In this document: piece by piece, positions 1-12,874 of the stretch
Layout: each line of letters begins with the position of its first letter
Numbering within the stretch: position 1 is the first letter of the stretch
Assembly: GCA_051294375.1 (NCBI GenBank)
Contig: CM119266.1
Span: forward strand, 1,679,554-1,743,553
Source: Paraspadella gotoi
Taxonomy: Eukaryota; Animalia; Chaetognatha
DNA length: 64,000 nucleotides
Direction of reading: 5' to 3'
Notes under the pieces: generated by a model
Database searches by the model: none
What the model was told of the DNA's origin: nothing
The model's input: the letters and a program-made list of their open reading frames with translations, nothing else
Program-made: the position numbers and the translations under genes

Positions 1-76
1 AACTTTATCAACACCCCTATTTAACTTTATTTTTTCTTGCTCACAATTTCACTGTCCCTTTTTCTACCCTATCCAG

Positions 77-317
77 AATCAACTGATTCTCTTGGACATA
101 TTGGACAACCTCATTTGCATCTCCAAGCGGACGAACCAATTCGGCAACATGATCTTCGACATCGAGGATTGCGGCGGACTGGACAAGATAGAGCAGCTTC
201 TGTCCTCCGAAAACGACGAAGTCTTCGAACGCCGCCACGGATATCATCGAGCAGCATTTCACAGAGAACGAAGAGAACCAAAAGAATAACACGTCCTACT
301 TCGTTCTGAAAGACTGA
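77..317 (+). CDS. Last exon of an importin-alpha (karyopherin alpha) family gene; apparent 1-nt frameshift near 230
   Basis: Polypyrimidine tract plus CAG acceptor ending at 76. Translation IEDCGGLDKIEQLLSSENDEVFE then (shifted frame) ATDIIEQHF matches the importin-alpha C-terminal motif IEECGGLDKIE.LQ.HEN..IY..A..IIE.YF. Confidence 0.8.
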
Positions 318-1421
318 AAGACTTTTAAAAGTTTGAAAGTTGATTTTATCGTTTGGGTAGGGGGGGATTGAATTGTTTTGAACGTTGTTTGTTGATTTTT
401 AGAAATTCGTTGCTGTTAAACGAAGAACTATTTGTTAAAACGTTTCAAGAGATTGTTTAAAAATAAACATCAGTTGATTGTAATTACTTTATTTATTTCT
501 ATAACATGAGCGAGCAAAGCCTGATTTATACAGAAATCAAAGAAAAGTTACAAAGCCATTAATCTACAAGCCCCAGCCGATAATAGTTAGAATTTTTTGC
601 GTAGGAAAGTAGCCAGAAAATATTGTTAGATTTTAATAAAATGACGGAAGTATCAACGGAAGTACAGCGAAAAAAACTAGTGCAAACCTCTAAGGCTTAG
701 CCTCAGACTGAGGTTAAAACTCTGCAAAAAAAAATATGTGCTAGATAGTACCTCAATTGTGCTAAAAATAGCCGATTTTTTTTACTATGCTGAATATGCC
801 AATTTCTTTTAGATAAGTTAATGCAAAACTGTTTCGAGAAATTATTATTATTAGAGCTTATGAAAAATCATTTAAAAAGACGGAAAAAATTATACTTTTG
901 TGAATTTCTTAAGCGACGAGCCATATATAACCGGTCAAGTCCTGTAAAACAAAGGTATTTCACAGCAGCAATTATCAAACTGACGCCATAGTGTCTTGCA
1001 TTTGTAAAGTTGCTTACAGAATACACAAAGCGTCTCAGAGTAAAATCGGTATTAAACCAATACTTTGGGAACGGATTGCTAGCGTTTAAACAAAGCCAGT
1101 CTCAAACATTGTAGAGGGAATTAATATGATGGTAACGTAACTTTACTATTCGACGTCGCAACCAACCACAACCCTCACTCTAATGTAATATTTTTTTAGT
1201 TGAAAAAAAGGTTAAATTATACTTTCGGCGACCGCGTTTTGGCGGCTTTTTAAATAATTATTTAAAAATAAATATTATTTAATTACTTTAACCCTAAACC
1301 CTTTTAACCCTAATTACCCCTAACCACCCTTAACCCTAAACCATTCTTAAACTACCCTTAACTCTAACCCTTACCTAACCCCGATCGACTAAAGTAAAAA
1401 TAATCCGAAAAATGATATTAT

Positions 1422-1688
1422 TCTGGTGGTCCTATCACCACAGATGGATTAAAGCTGTTTCTTTCACAGCGCCTCAGTTGCTCAGTGGACTAAATGCACC
1501 ATCCCAATGTGCGTCCCTGGTTCGAGCCCTGAGGTTGTCATGTAGAAAGTGGGATGGACCGGGTAACCGCCTGTAGGCATGGGCCTACTGTCAGATCCAA
1601 AGCTCTGGACTACATGAACATGCTGTCTCGCTGTCGCCACGAGGTGACACCGCTGCGGGTGTGGCGCCCTGTAAAACCAGCCTATTCA
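1422..1688 (+). mobile_element. Solo LTR, family B (tRNA-like module plus twister motif)
   Basis: Termini TCTGGTGG...CTATTCA resemble family A termini TATGGTGG...CTCTTCA. 4-bp TSD TTAT at 1418-1421 and 1689-1692. tRNA-like region 1471-1535 with A box TTGCTCAGTGG and B box GGTTCGAGCCC. Confidence 0.75.
1539..1616 (+). ncRNA. Type-P5 twister ribozyme-like motif, family B
   Basis: P5 CATGTAG/CTACATG; GG-GA-TGGA ... TAA-CC-GC; P3 GTAGGC/GCCTAC; P4 TCAGA/TCTGG with loop TCCA-AA-GC; T1 TCCA:TGGA. Predicted cleavage at 1564/1565. Confidence 0.75.
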
Positions 1689-1701
1689 TTATCATATATT
1701 T

Positions 1702-1932
1702 TATGGTGGACTAAAATCCACCAACCGTTCATCAGGGCCAATTGGTGCCGGAGGCAAGTCATTCGCCTCCCAACCCAAGGTCCGGGGTTCTAGCCCGGTG
1801 GTCGTCTGCAGTTAAGAGGACTGGGGCGCTTAACCCGCCTGTAACATGTGTTTACAGCCTGATCCGAAGCCAGGGACTGCTTATATTGACGGTTCTGTCA
1901 TATACACTTATTACATAATTACTGTCTCTTCA
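1702..1932 (+). mobile_element. Solo LTR, family A (several small deletions, twister motif damaged)
   Basis: Aligns end to end with the LTRs at 14245/14658. 4-bp TSD ATTT at 1698-1701 and 1933-1936. Confidence 0.9.
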
Positions 1933-2528
1933 ATTTTATATTATTTGTTTTAAAATTTATTTTAATTATATTTTGTTATATAATAGTTAAATTAGATTAA
2001 GGGTAATTAGGGTTTAAGGTTAGTTTAGGGATTTTTTTAAAATAACATTTGTAATAAAAACTTTTTACCCTTAAAATCTTTTTTTTTATTTTTGTGTAAC
2101 GAGATTCTATACATCATTCATAAACAAACAAAAAAATAACCGACAACAAAATCCCGGTCGGCTCGTATATAAAAATAAGCTAATATGATTGTTATCAAAG
2201 AAGTAAAAAATAAAATAAGCAAATAGCATATTTAATACAAATTTAAATTGCCACAGGAAGAGTTTTTTCATAATTTATTCAATGCTGTAGATTCGAAACC
2301 TTGTCAATTTTTTTTTTTTTTACATTTTGATTATACCAGATCATTTTTTTACAGGCCAAACGGTCAGAAATTATACCAGATCTGACACACGGTATGCTTA
2401 TTTAAACCAAAGCCTTAGTCTTTTGTTCGATTTTTGTGACAATCCGTAATTCTCTGCGCCCCCGAATTGTCGTGCTTTCATTGGTCGAAATTTCGTAGAA
2501 GCTACTCTTTTTATTGGTGAAAAGCATC

Positions 2529-2560
2529 AGCAGGCAACAGCTCAGGTACGATCGTTATAT
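2529..2560 (+). promoter_or_regulatory. Histone H4-type promoter element upstream of the SAP30BP sequence
   Basis: AGCAGGCAACAGCTCAGGTACGATCG plus TTATAT nearly matches AGCAGGCAACAGATGAGGTACGATCG, found on the minus strand upstream of the H4 at 10669 (10754-10779). Inverted CCAAT boxes at ~2480 and ~2514. Confidence 0.75.
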
Positions 2561-2643
2561 TCGTAAACTGTCTTCGATTCTCATGCATTCTCAAATAATC
2601 AAAGAAAAATAATCAAAGAAATAAAACATTAATCAATACCGTT

Positions 2644-3848
2644 ATGGCGCTCGTGTCTGCCCAATATTCTGACTCTGAGGGAGAACTAAGCGACGGAGGG
2701 CAACGTGATGTCAACGACGATGACTATTTTTAGCGATGCCCAGCCTCTGCTCTCCGCCGTGATCCTTCCATTCTCCCCTTTGCTCATCTCTCCGCCGAAA
2801 ACCAACCCTCGGGGGCAGCAGCGGCCACAACACGCCACCCCCTCCGCCACGTGGGGCGGCGCGCCCGTCGGGATCTCCGGACGCGATTCCGGCCTCGCTT
2901 CTCGGCAGCCGTCAGCCGAGCCCCAAGTCCGGTGGGACGGACTCGCCACTCGTTCGCCTCATGCCAACACAGCGTCTCAATCTCACGGCCTCTTCTGGAC
3001 TAGTCTCTTATCCGGGGAGGAGGAAGAGGAGGAAGATGATCCTGACAATTACGAAGTCTACGATGATTACAAGGAGAAAGAGAACGAGCCTGAGAAAAGA
3101 GGACTTGACGAGGGACTCGTTCCCGACTACAATGGATCTCTCCTCTGCCAATATGAGCGTAATGGTCGTTTGAAGCCGCCCCACCCGCAGAAGGTGATTC
3201 CAATTCCTACGCCGGGACACCTCCGCAATTCCCGCCCGAACCTCAGGGCCGCTGCTCAAAAGCGCTACAGGATAATATCGCCCTGAAGTATGAGGATCTA
3301 GCGAGGAAATGGACTACAACAAAGCTATTCAACGCAAAAAAGAATTCAAAAATCCATCCATTTATGAAAAACTCATCGAGTTGACCGGGATTTACGAATT
3401 CGGCACCAACTATCCGGCTCAAGTATACGACCCCATTTCTGGGGGGATCAGGCTTCCTATGAAGATTTGGCCAAAGCGCAAAAAGTTGAGATGGACAAAC
3501 GCGAAGAGAAGCGAAGGAGGTGCCAGAGCTAAAGTGGAATTCGTTTCAGGCACTGCTAGAAAACCAACTTCATCTTCCACCATTGCTGACACTGATAGCA
3601 AAGAGAAAAAGCGGAAAAGCAAATGGGATCAAGGCGCCGTTGATGAGCGTTGGCTGCGTCGTCGGCGTCGTCGTTGTCCCTAACTGAGTGTCCCGGTCGC
3701 AGTGACGTCCTCGAGTGTTCTTCCCGTGGCGTCCGGTACGAAGACGACCGTTATCTCTGCTGTTGGAGGCCTCTCAAAAAAGACTAAGTCTAAGAATATT
3801 CTCTATTCGTCGCCTGCTCCGACGTGGCGGCGTCAAACGTATCTCTAG
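2644..3848 (+). pseudogene. SAP30BP: Intronless SAP30-binding protein (SAP30BP/HCNGP) sequence with multiple frameshifts (retrocopy or error-containing retrogene)
   Basis: Begins MALVSAQYSDSEGE. Contains the HCNGP motif [23 protein letters not shown]...EFGTNYP, then [17 protein letters not shown] and the C-terminal TTVISAVGGLSKK. Frame broken several times. Confidence 0.8.
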
Positions 3849-4037
3849 TCTCATCTACGAAGAACCCCTTGGCGTCCTCAAGGTCTTCCTCACGAGAACG
3901 TCATCAGAGACGCCGTCACAACAACACAACACTAAAGAAGGACCGTCACGGCCATGGACAGTGCTCTACGCCCTCACGGCTTCGGTGGCTAAGAAATCAC
4001 CAAGAACTTTCCAACCCCAAAGGCCCTTTTTAGGGCC
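3803..4037 (+). pseudogene. H4: Degenerate 3' part of a histone H4 gene with intact stem-loop
   Basis: [26 protein letters not shown]...GFGG* with indels; stem-loop GGCCCTTTTTAGGGCC at 4022-4037. Confidence 0.85.
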
Positions 4038-6089
4038 TCTATTTTCCTCTCAGAAAGAATTGTCTAACTTATTGTACCCAAATGCAATCAGAGAGCTCTT
4101 GGCGGATTTTATCCTAATCGCGGGTCAGATTCCATCTGCGATGCTATAGATAAATATCCATCAGTGTTTTGTATAAAACTAATGTTAACATTTTGAGTCT
4201 TGGTTTTTTTTTAGGTTATACAGAGGTTGGACCCTTATCGAGACAAAACTTAACGTCCTGCCCTGTCTGAATGATTTGTTACGCAATGATACAATGAGTG
4301 TCAAGTTTTTTTGGGCTTTTTACTTTTATATACAATGAAAAAAAATTTAAGCAACTACAAGGCTCGTGGTTGTTTTTAAAACATGTGTCGTTTTTATGCG
4401 CGCGGCATTGTATTGCATACGATAAAAGCCATACTTATTAATATTTTTTAGTGGTTGTTTCTGAACATGACAGTGTTATATCTTATCTTCAATTCACCTG
4501 ATTTTAAGCTTTTCATTACTATCCGAATTAAACATTTTTTTAGGTAAGTAAACAAAATCTTACCTTTTTGACGCTTTTATTATGCATTAAGAAATCTTAA
4601 GTAATTATTAGTAACTTACCCAAATCTTACCTGTTTACTTTAAAAATGTTTTAACCAAAATACCATGTACACCTTGCCAGAATCATTATTATACAACAAA
4701 TATGTATTTCTAAAAATATTTTTAATTTTTATATATTAAAATGAGATATAACACTAAATTTCAAACATTTTTTTTTACAAATCGCTTGGATAAAACCGAG
4801 CAGTTGTTTTTGCTGCATCAAAGCATACCATCAAAGAATTTTAAAACAATTAATATATTGTTTAAAAGCTAAGAGATAGTACTATACCAATATTATTCAG
4901 ATTTTAAAAATCATTAAGATCTTTAGAATAATGATTTTTAAAATTTTGTCCCGATATAGGGTCCCACCCCTGTATATTTACACATATTACAGTAATCAAG
5001 GAAACGTATTTCTGAAAGTGAAGACATACCTCTCGCCCCCTTTTTTTAAACTCATTTTGCAGACTTGTGTACATATACATATTTTGTTTGTTTTCTGTAC
5101 TGAATCAACCTTGTTGCATTCGAATAAAACGCTTATAAATAATTAGTGTCTCAAGCGTACTGTCACTTTACAAATGTCAAAATTGGTGATTATCAATTTG
5201 ATAGAAACCACCGGAGAGAATAAGTTCATACAGTTTCTTTTGGTAGCTATATTATCACTTTTATTTTTTATAGATACAATGCAAAGTTCAAATGAAGGGA
5301 ATTTTGTTTTGACAGTTGATCAAAAGATTTTTGGTGAAATTTATAATGTAGTCCTGCTTTTGGTTACAAATATAATTCTACATATTATATTATTGTAGGC
5401 CACTATGTTTATAGGGCTTTGACTAAGAATTTTGTGAATTTGGAATGATTGACGATGATGATTTCAGAAAAGAAGATTCAAGAATTATTATGAAAACTCA
5501 TTTAAGTTTATCTTCAGGAAACTGATAAAAGCTTCAAATTTAGTATCCTATGATTCAGCATATGATGCATAGATGCATTGAGTACATTCTACTGCTAAAA
5601 CTATTTTCCAGATGACTGCAGCTCACAAGCATTGCTAAATAATAATAATAAATGTAATTGGCTCTGTCAAACCAGCTGAATATCTGTAACAATCTTTCAA
5701 TTAAAACTAATCAAATACCCTCAAATCCGGAAGGACAATGGTGAAATTCTATTAGGAAAGGCCTGTGACCTTCACTTTACAATCGGACGTATTATTATAT
5801 AACTAAAGTTGTTTTTTTAAATTTAGGTAATTGGAAAGAATATTTTAAAATTGTTAAAAAGTATTTTCGACATTGGCTGATAAAATGTGATATAGAGGGT
5901 TAGAGGGTCTCGTGCTTCAAGCCCGGCCGGCGCGCCGGCATCGCCCACATTAATCCCCTCGAACAAGTTTGATTTTAAAAATAAATATATATAAAACTAA
6001 GAACTTCTGGATCCAAGAGTCAGTACAGTAAATGCATTTTTTATAACTGTACTGATTCACTGTATTCATTGTAAAGTAACAGTACGCTT

Positions 6090-6182
6090 GAGACACTATT
6101 AATTTATGAGTTAGTGACAAACCGTTCAATATAAGCAGTCCGCAGCTTCGGATCAGGTTGTAACACAATGTTAAGGCGGGTT
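6090..6182 (-). mobile_element. Diverged 3' fragment of a family A LTR
   Basis: Reverse complement AACCCGCCTTAACATTGTGTTACAACCTGATCCGAAGCTGCGGACTGCTTATATTGAACGG... aligns to the second half of the LTR. Confidence 0.8.
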
Positions 6183-6446
6183 TAAAGTTAATATTATGGT
6201 TAGGTAATAAATTTCTTTTTTATCCTTATTTATGCCGAAATATTTGGAGAAAAATGGTTTTGTATTTAGCACATAAAATCTCTCTAGAACATGTGACATG
6301 CTCAGTTCCCGATTAAAAATCAACGACTTGCTTTTTTTTAATTTGTAATGTGCACTGCATTGAAAAACAATTAATATTTTTAAAGGTTATTAAAATTTAA
6401 ATAAGTCTTCTACCGCTAAATTTACTTTAAAGATTTTTTATACCCT

Positions 6447-6679
6447 TATGGTGGACTAAAACCCCACCAACCGTTCATCAGCGGCCATTGGTGCCGGAGG
6501 CAAGTCATTCGCCTCCCAACCCAAAGGTCCGGTTCTAGCCCGGTGGTCGTCTTGCAGTTAAGAGGGACGGGGCGCTTAACCCGCCTGTAACATGGTGTTA
6601 CAGCCTGATCCGAAGCTCAGGGACTGCTTAAATTGAACGTTCTGTCACTAACTCATAACAATAATTACTGTCCTCTTCA
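6447..6679 (+). mobile_element. Solo LTR, family A, with intact twister motif (6554-6627)
   Basis: Full-length match to the LTRs at 14245/14658. Flanks CCCT and CCTA form a near-TSD. Confidence 0.9.
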
Positions 6680-6821
6680 CCTATAATGCTTGAAAACGTA
6701 ATTTAGGCCTTTTCTGAAGTGTTTTTTTTTTTCTCGATGAGGAGCTATAACAATGATAATATTGAATAATATAATAAAGGAGCAACCAGATAATTATGAC
6801 AATGCTTTCTTGAAACTGTGT

Positions 6822-6837
6822 AGCCCTAAAAAGGGCT
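6822..6837 (-). terminator. Histone 3' stem-loop (H2A)
   Basis: AGCCCTTTTTAGGGCT on the minus strand, downstream of the H2A stop. Confidence 0.9.
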
Positions 6838-6866
6838 TTTGGGGTAAAAGAAGGGCGTTGATGAAT

Positions 6867-7310
<444 letters not shown>

Positions 7311-7539
7311 TTATACCTCCTCCTCGGATCCGGAGCAAGAGTAGAAATTTCAAGCCTCGCTTTTATTGGACAACGGCATTTTATTTTGGACCAATCACAG
7401 GCCGCGGTTTCCCTTAAAGCGCATTTTGGTCTTGCCTCTGATCCACTTACAGCATATAAAAGGAACAGCGCTGCTTCGACTTCATTTCGAAAAACTGACA
7501 TTTTGATTAATTTTGATTCTATCGCTCTCGAACGCAAAT

Positions 7540-7911
7540 ATGCCTCCCAAAGTTTCTTCAAAGGGCGCGAAGAAGGCCGGTAAGGCTAAGGCTGCCCGTT
7601 CTGGCGGGGAGAAGAAAAAGAAGAGAAAGCGTAAGGAATCTTACGCTATCTACATTTACAAAGTCTTGAAGCAAGTTCACCCGGACACTGGCGTCTCCTC
7701 CAAAGCCATGAGCATCATGAACTCGTTCGTCAACGACATCTTCGAACGCATTGCGGCCGAAGCCTCCCGCTTGGCCCACTACAACAAGAGGACCACCATC
7801 ACCTCCAGGGAGATCCAGACGGCCGTGAGGCTTCTCCTCCCCGGTGAATTGGCCAAGCACGCTGTATCTGAAGGCACCAAGGCCGTCACTAAATACACCA
7901 GCTCTAAATAA
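7540..7911 (+). CDS. H2B: Histone H2B
   Basis: [14 protein letters not shown]...[10 protein letters not shown]; divergent from H2A; stem-loop at 7938-7953. Confidence 0.98.
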   Translation: MPPKVSSKGAKKAGKAKAARSGGEKKKKRKRKESYAIYIYKVLKQVHPDTGVSSKAMSIMNSFVNDIFERIAAEASRLAHYNKRTTITSREIQTAVRLLLPGELAKHAVSEGTKAVTKYTSSK

Positions 7912-8321
7912 ATTCCCTCGTGCTAATCCACCCCAAAAGCCCTTTTCAGGGCTACCATTTTAATTAAAAAAGATTGTCAATGTAGGTGAAGGCCATTAAA
8001 AGCCTAAGACTTAACGAGTTTCCCAATTGCGTATCATTTAGTGGTTTCGGTTCGCGTTCGTCTCTTTTTCACCTAGCAAACTTGTTTTTCTGGTTTGAGA
8101 ATAAATCGCTGTTCTTTCTTGCTTAGCTGTTCGTGTGTTGAAACGCCACGGAACAAAGAAAGATCTCTGCTGGCTTTTGTTTTATTTTTCTTGCAAAAAA
8201 AAAAAGTTTTCTTCCGTGTTGGTCGAGGCGAAATTTAAAAATTCTTTGTTCAGATACGTATTAACGTAATTAAAACATTTTATAATCTTCTGTTGTGATC
8301 TTAAAAGAAAATTCATAAAAA

Positions 8322-10111
8322 ATGAAGTGGAAATTTAGAGAAGCTCATTCTTTGGGTAAGATCTCGTGTGAAGGGTCGATGAAACTAATTACATTACTAT
8401 ACATTTTGACGTATGGATCATATAGAAAATCGTGAATAAAAAAAAGTTCTCAAGCATAACGATGCTCTATTAAAATCGGATTGCTTCCCTCGCCAGTTCC
8501 GGAACCGTTTATAAGCGGTTATATCTGCATATTTGTATTTCACTGTCCAATACGACTAAAAGTTTCCTCTTGGTTTCGATAATTGTCATTTGACCATAAT
8601 GTTTTATTAGCGAGTTGCTTGTGGTTTTGGAGAATTGAGATGTATCGCGGTTCTATTTTTGAATGTCTATTGCTTAAGAATTAAACGAAATTTGTACACT
8701 GTCCTTGTACTTCACTAACTATTCAGACAGCCGCTGCCAAGAATCTGCAAAAATCCGAAGCAAATACCCCGACAGAATTCCTGTAAGCATTAAACTTTAA
8801 AGGCTAGTTCGATAGCCATGCCTACTAAAGCCTACTAAACATTGTACTAATGAACATTAATGTATAAAAATATTTTAATCATTTAAGGAGGGATTTATTA
8901 TAAATTTTACAATTTAAACTGAAAATTAACGTTTTATATATTAAATATAGTTTTTTAAATTTTTAACCCACTTAAAATAAATTATAAATTTTTAAAATTT
9001 CTTTTATTATCAACAATTAAAATTCAAATCTGTCATCAAAATTAAGAAAAGCCGATTTTTTAAGGATACTACTATATTTAATTAAGAAACATAAATTTTT
9101 TTTTATAAGTTAATGTTCACTGGTGGTACGTTGTTCCTACGTAACTTTCACTATATACTCTAATGCCTACGCTATTCACTCAATTATTTGCTTTCGGTTT
9201 GAAGTGATTTAATTTTAAAAAGTCCGCTTTCCCTATCATATGCATTGTATTTGTAAGACTCTCTCCCCATTCTCCTAAACAACAGGTGGTCGTGGAAAGG
9301 GCACCGCGTTCCACTTACCCCGACTGCGACAAGGACAAGTTCCTAACTCCCAGCGACCTGACCGTCGCCCAATTCATGTACATCGTTCGAAAACGAATCT
9401 CACTTTCGCCGGAAAAGGCGATGTTTCTCTTCGTAAACGATGTTCTTCCTGCGACGAGGTCATATTCAATTATGAAATAATATTTTATAACATGTTAAGG
9501 CTAGATTACTGAAATTTAAAATTAATAATAGGAAGATTGATATTCAGTGAGTCCAGTACACGTATAATTCAGATTTACCAATTACAAGCAAGTACTCAAA
9601 ACTAGCTCAACTAGACTAAAGCGAGATTAAAAGCTTGCATGGTTTTGTGAGAGGGATGACGCCTAAACCTACTACTATAGCCAAAGACATTTTAAATTAC
9701 GTTGGCATCTTATAAAATGTCTTTGTCGGCCTCTTGAGGATTTCTTCTCTTTGCCAGTTTTTGGTTAAGAATCTCATGTTGGCAACCAACGACGTTCATT
9801 TCGAGAAAGATTTGACATTCATTTGACATTCATTTGACATTCATTTCGAGAAAGATTTGACAAATTTTTATTTTGATTTCCTCAATATTTCGGCAGCGCA
9901 ACCGTCGGTGCCATCTACGAAGAACATAAGAACGAGGTAAGAAAAACCATAAATAAATATTGAATCTTATTGTATCAGTTTTTGTAATTTTCATATAAAA
10001 ACGAAACAGTATTTGATTAAATATTTAAACCAGAGCTAAACTTATTTATAAATCATTCCCTACTAGGATGGATTCTTGTACGTTGCTTACAGCGAAGACA
10101 ATTTTATTTGA
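8322..10111 (+). CDS. GABARAPL2: ATG8-family protein, GABARAPL2-like, 5 exons (~8322-8355, 8728-8782, 9286-9458, 9897-9936, 10067-10111)
   Basis: Spliced translation [35 protein letters not shown]...[16 protein letters not shown]...[14 protein letters not shown]; GT-AG introns. Confidence 0.9.
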
Positions 10112-10357
10112 AAACACGGTTATCATCGGGGAAGAACAAGCTAATGAAATCTCTTAAATCTGTTAAAATGCTTTGCTTTTTATTTGAATTTAACCTAAAC
10201 ATTCAACAGGGGCGCTAGTTAGTGCAGACCGCGTCACTGCTTAAGATATCTAGGGAAAAAAAAATGATCAGCTTGGGAAACATAAGCATGACATCTTTCG
10301 AACATGATGGTGGCCCTAAAAAGGGCCGTTTTGATTGGAAGGATTAAGATGTACTTG

Positions 10358-10819
<462 letters not shown>

Positions 10820-11168
10820 TCAGCGAGCATATTCTTGGAACAAAGTCACCGTTGAGATTTTCCCTCCTTGTTTTGAAAAGAGGTAAAACTAAAATGGGGA
10901 ACCGGCTTTTTATACGTTTTTGAACAATTATAATAAAAAAATATTTATGTGTAAGGTTCATTATTTCCTGGTAAGACTATAGATGTAATCGCATTTGAAT
11001 AAATAAACCATAAGACAAGGATGCGTCTTTCCTTCTCTTCGCGCGATAATTTTCGGATCAGGAGCACGGATGGAGAAAAATTTTCGACCAATCAGAACGC
11101 AGCAAATTCCTCTCGTCCCTATAAAACAAAACTATTCTCTCTCCAACGACAATTTCGATAAAATCTAA

Positions 11169-11618
<450 letters not shown>

Positions 11619-11929
11619 AGCGTGAATGCAATCTAACCACCCCAACGGCCCTTTTTAGGGCCACATATATATCTAAAAAGATCTGTCATATTTCGTGGCC
11701 TTTCCTCCTAGATCACTAATTGGTTATTTAACGTAATGACTAACGGAATTTTAGGTTAGGCTTAAAGCGATTGTATTAGTTTTAGCCTAGTATTGTATCA
11801 TTAGTAGATGGACAAAATCAAAAAGGTAGCATTTTAGCGGATATCAATAAGCGACGGAGCTATTTATTTTAATAATTAAAATTTCAGATGGTCTGTGAAA
11901 GGAATATTCCTTTTAGATATTATATATTT

Positions 11930-12155
11930 AGGTGTGGGCCCACGGTGCGCAGCGGGTGCGAAAGTAGGGCTCGCCACTTATGCCGTAAGCTAGGGCAACG
12001 GGCGTCGGGACTGCAGACTCTCATTGACCGCCTCCTGTCATAGTTTAAACCGGATTCGTCACATTTAAGCCAGAACCGGGATGCCCAGGGATTGAACCCG
12101 GGACTCGGGGTTGAAATGAGATGATTTAGCCTGCTTAGTCATTGGTAACAGCGAG
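11930..12155 (-). mobile_element. tRNA-derived SINE
   Basis: Minus-strand A-box-like TGACTAAGCAGG and B box GGTTCAATCCC. Flanking direct repeat ATATATTT at 11922-11929 and 12156-12163. Related head at 62125-62230. Confidence 0.7.
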
Positions 12156-12181
12156 ATATATTTTGATATTATTTTAGTGTA

Positions 12182-12279
12182 AAATTTTTATTTTCGCCGA
12201 CCGGTGTTTTGGCGTAAATTATTACCATATTACCCATACCACCCTTAACCCCCAACGCCGGTCGGCAAAAGTAAAATTA
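12182..12279. mobile_element. Small inverted-repeat element (MITE-like)
   Basis: AATTTTTATTTTCGCCGACCGG ... CCGGTCGGCAAAAGTAAAATT; related ends at ~1215 and ~21950. Confidence 0.55.
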
Positions 12280-12499
12280 TGCCCATTTTAGTACCAAGTC
12301 ATTAGTATTAACGTGGGTCAAGAGCCAAAAGTTATTATACTATTTAACACAAAAATATTTCGAAATCTAAAAAATAAAGAGAGAAATAATTAATGTTGCA
12401 ATTTTCATATTATACTACACTTTAATTCAACAATCTTTTAAGACATAATAGTGGCCCTGAAAAGGGCCTTGGGTTGATTGAATAGAGGAACAAAACTTC

Positions 12500-12874
<375 letters not shown>

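Larger units (their letters stand above)
1215..2165. mobile_element. Degenerate foldback/MITE-like element with TAACCC-like internal repeats, carrying two nested solo LTRs
   Basis: Degenerate (TAACCC)n at ~1288-1382 and its inverse (TTAGGG-like) at ~1990-2030. The end motif TTTCGGCGACCG...TTTTGGCG is shared with 12182-12279 and ~21950-21985. Boundaries approximate. Confidence 0.4.

Noticed and set aside
1288-1382. True telomere or interstitial telomeric array
   Set aside because: The TAACCC-like units are highly degenerate and mirrored at ~2000, consistent with a transposon-internal repeat.
1471-1535. Functional tRNA gene
   Set aside because: D and T arms are irregular, there is no oligo-T terminator, and it lies within a TSD-flanked repeat.
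1554-1793. 79-aa ORF spanning the two solo LTRs
   Set aside because: It crosses two independent insertions and has no recognisable protein features.
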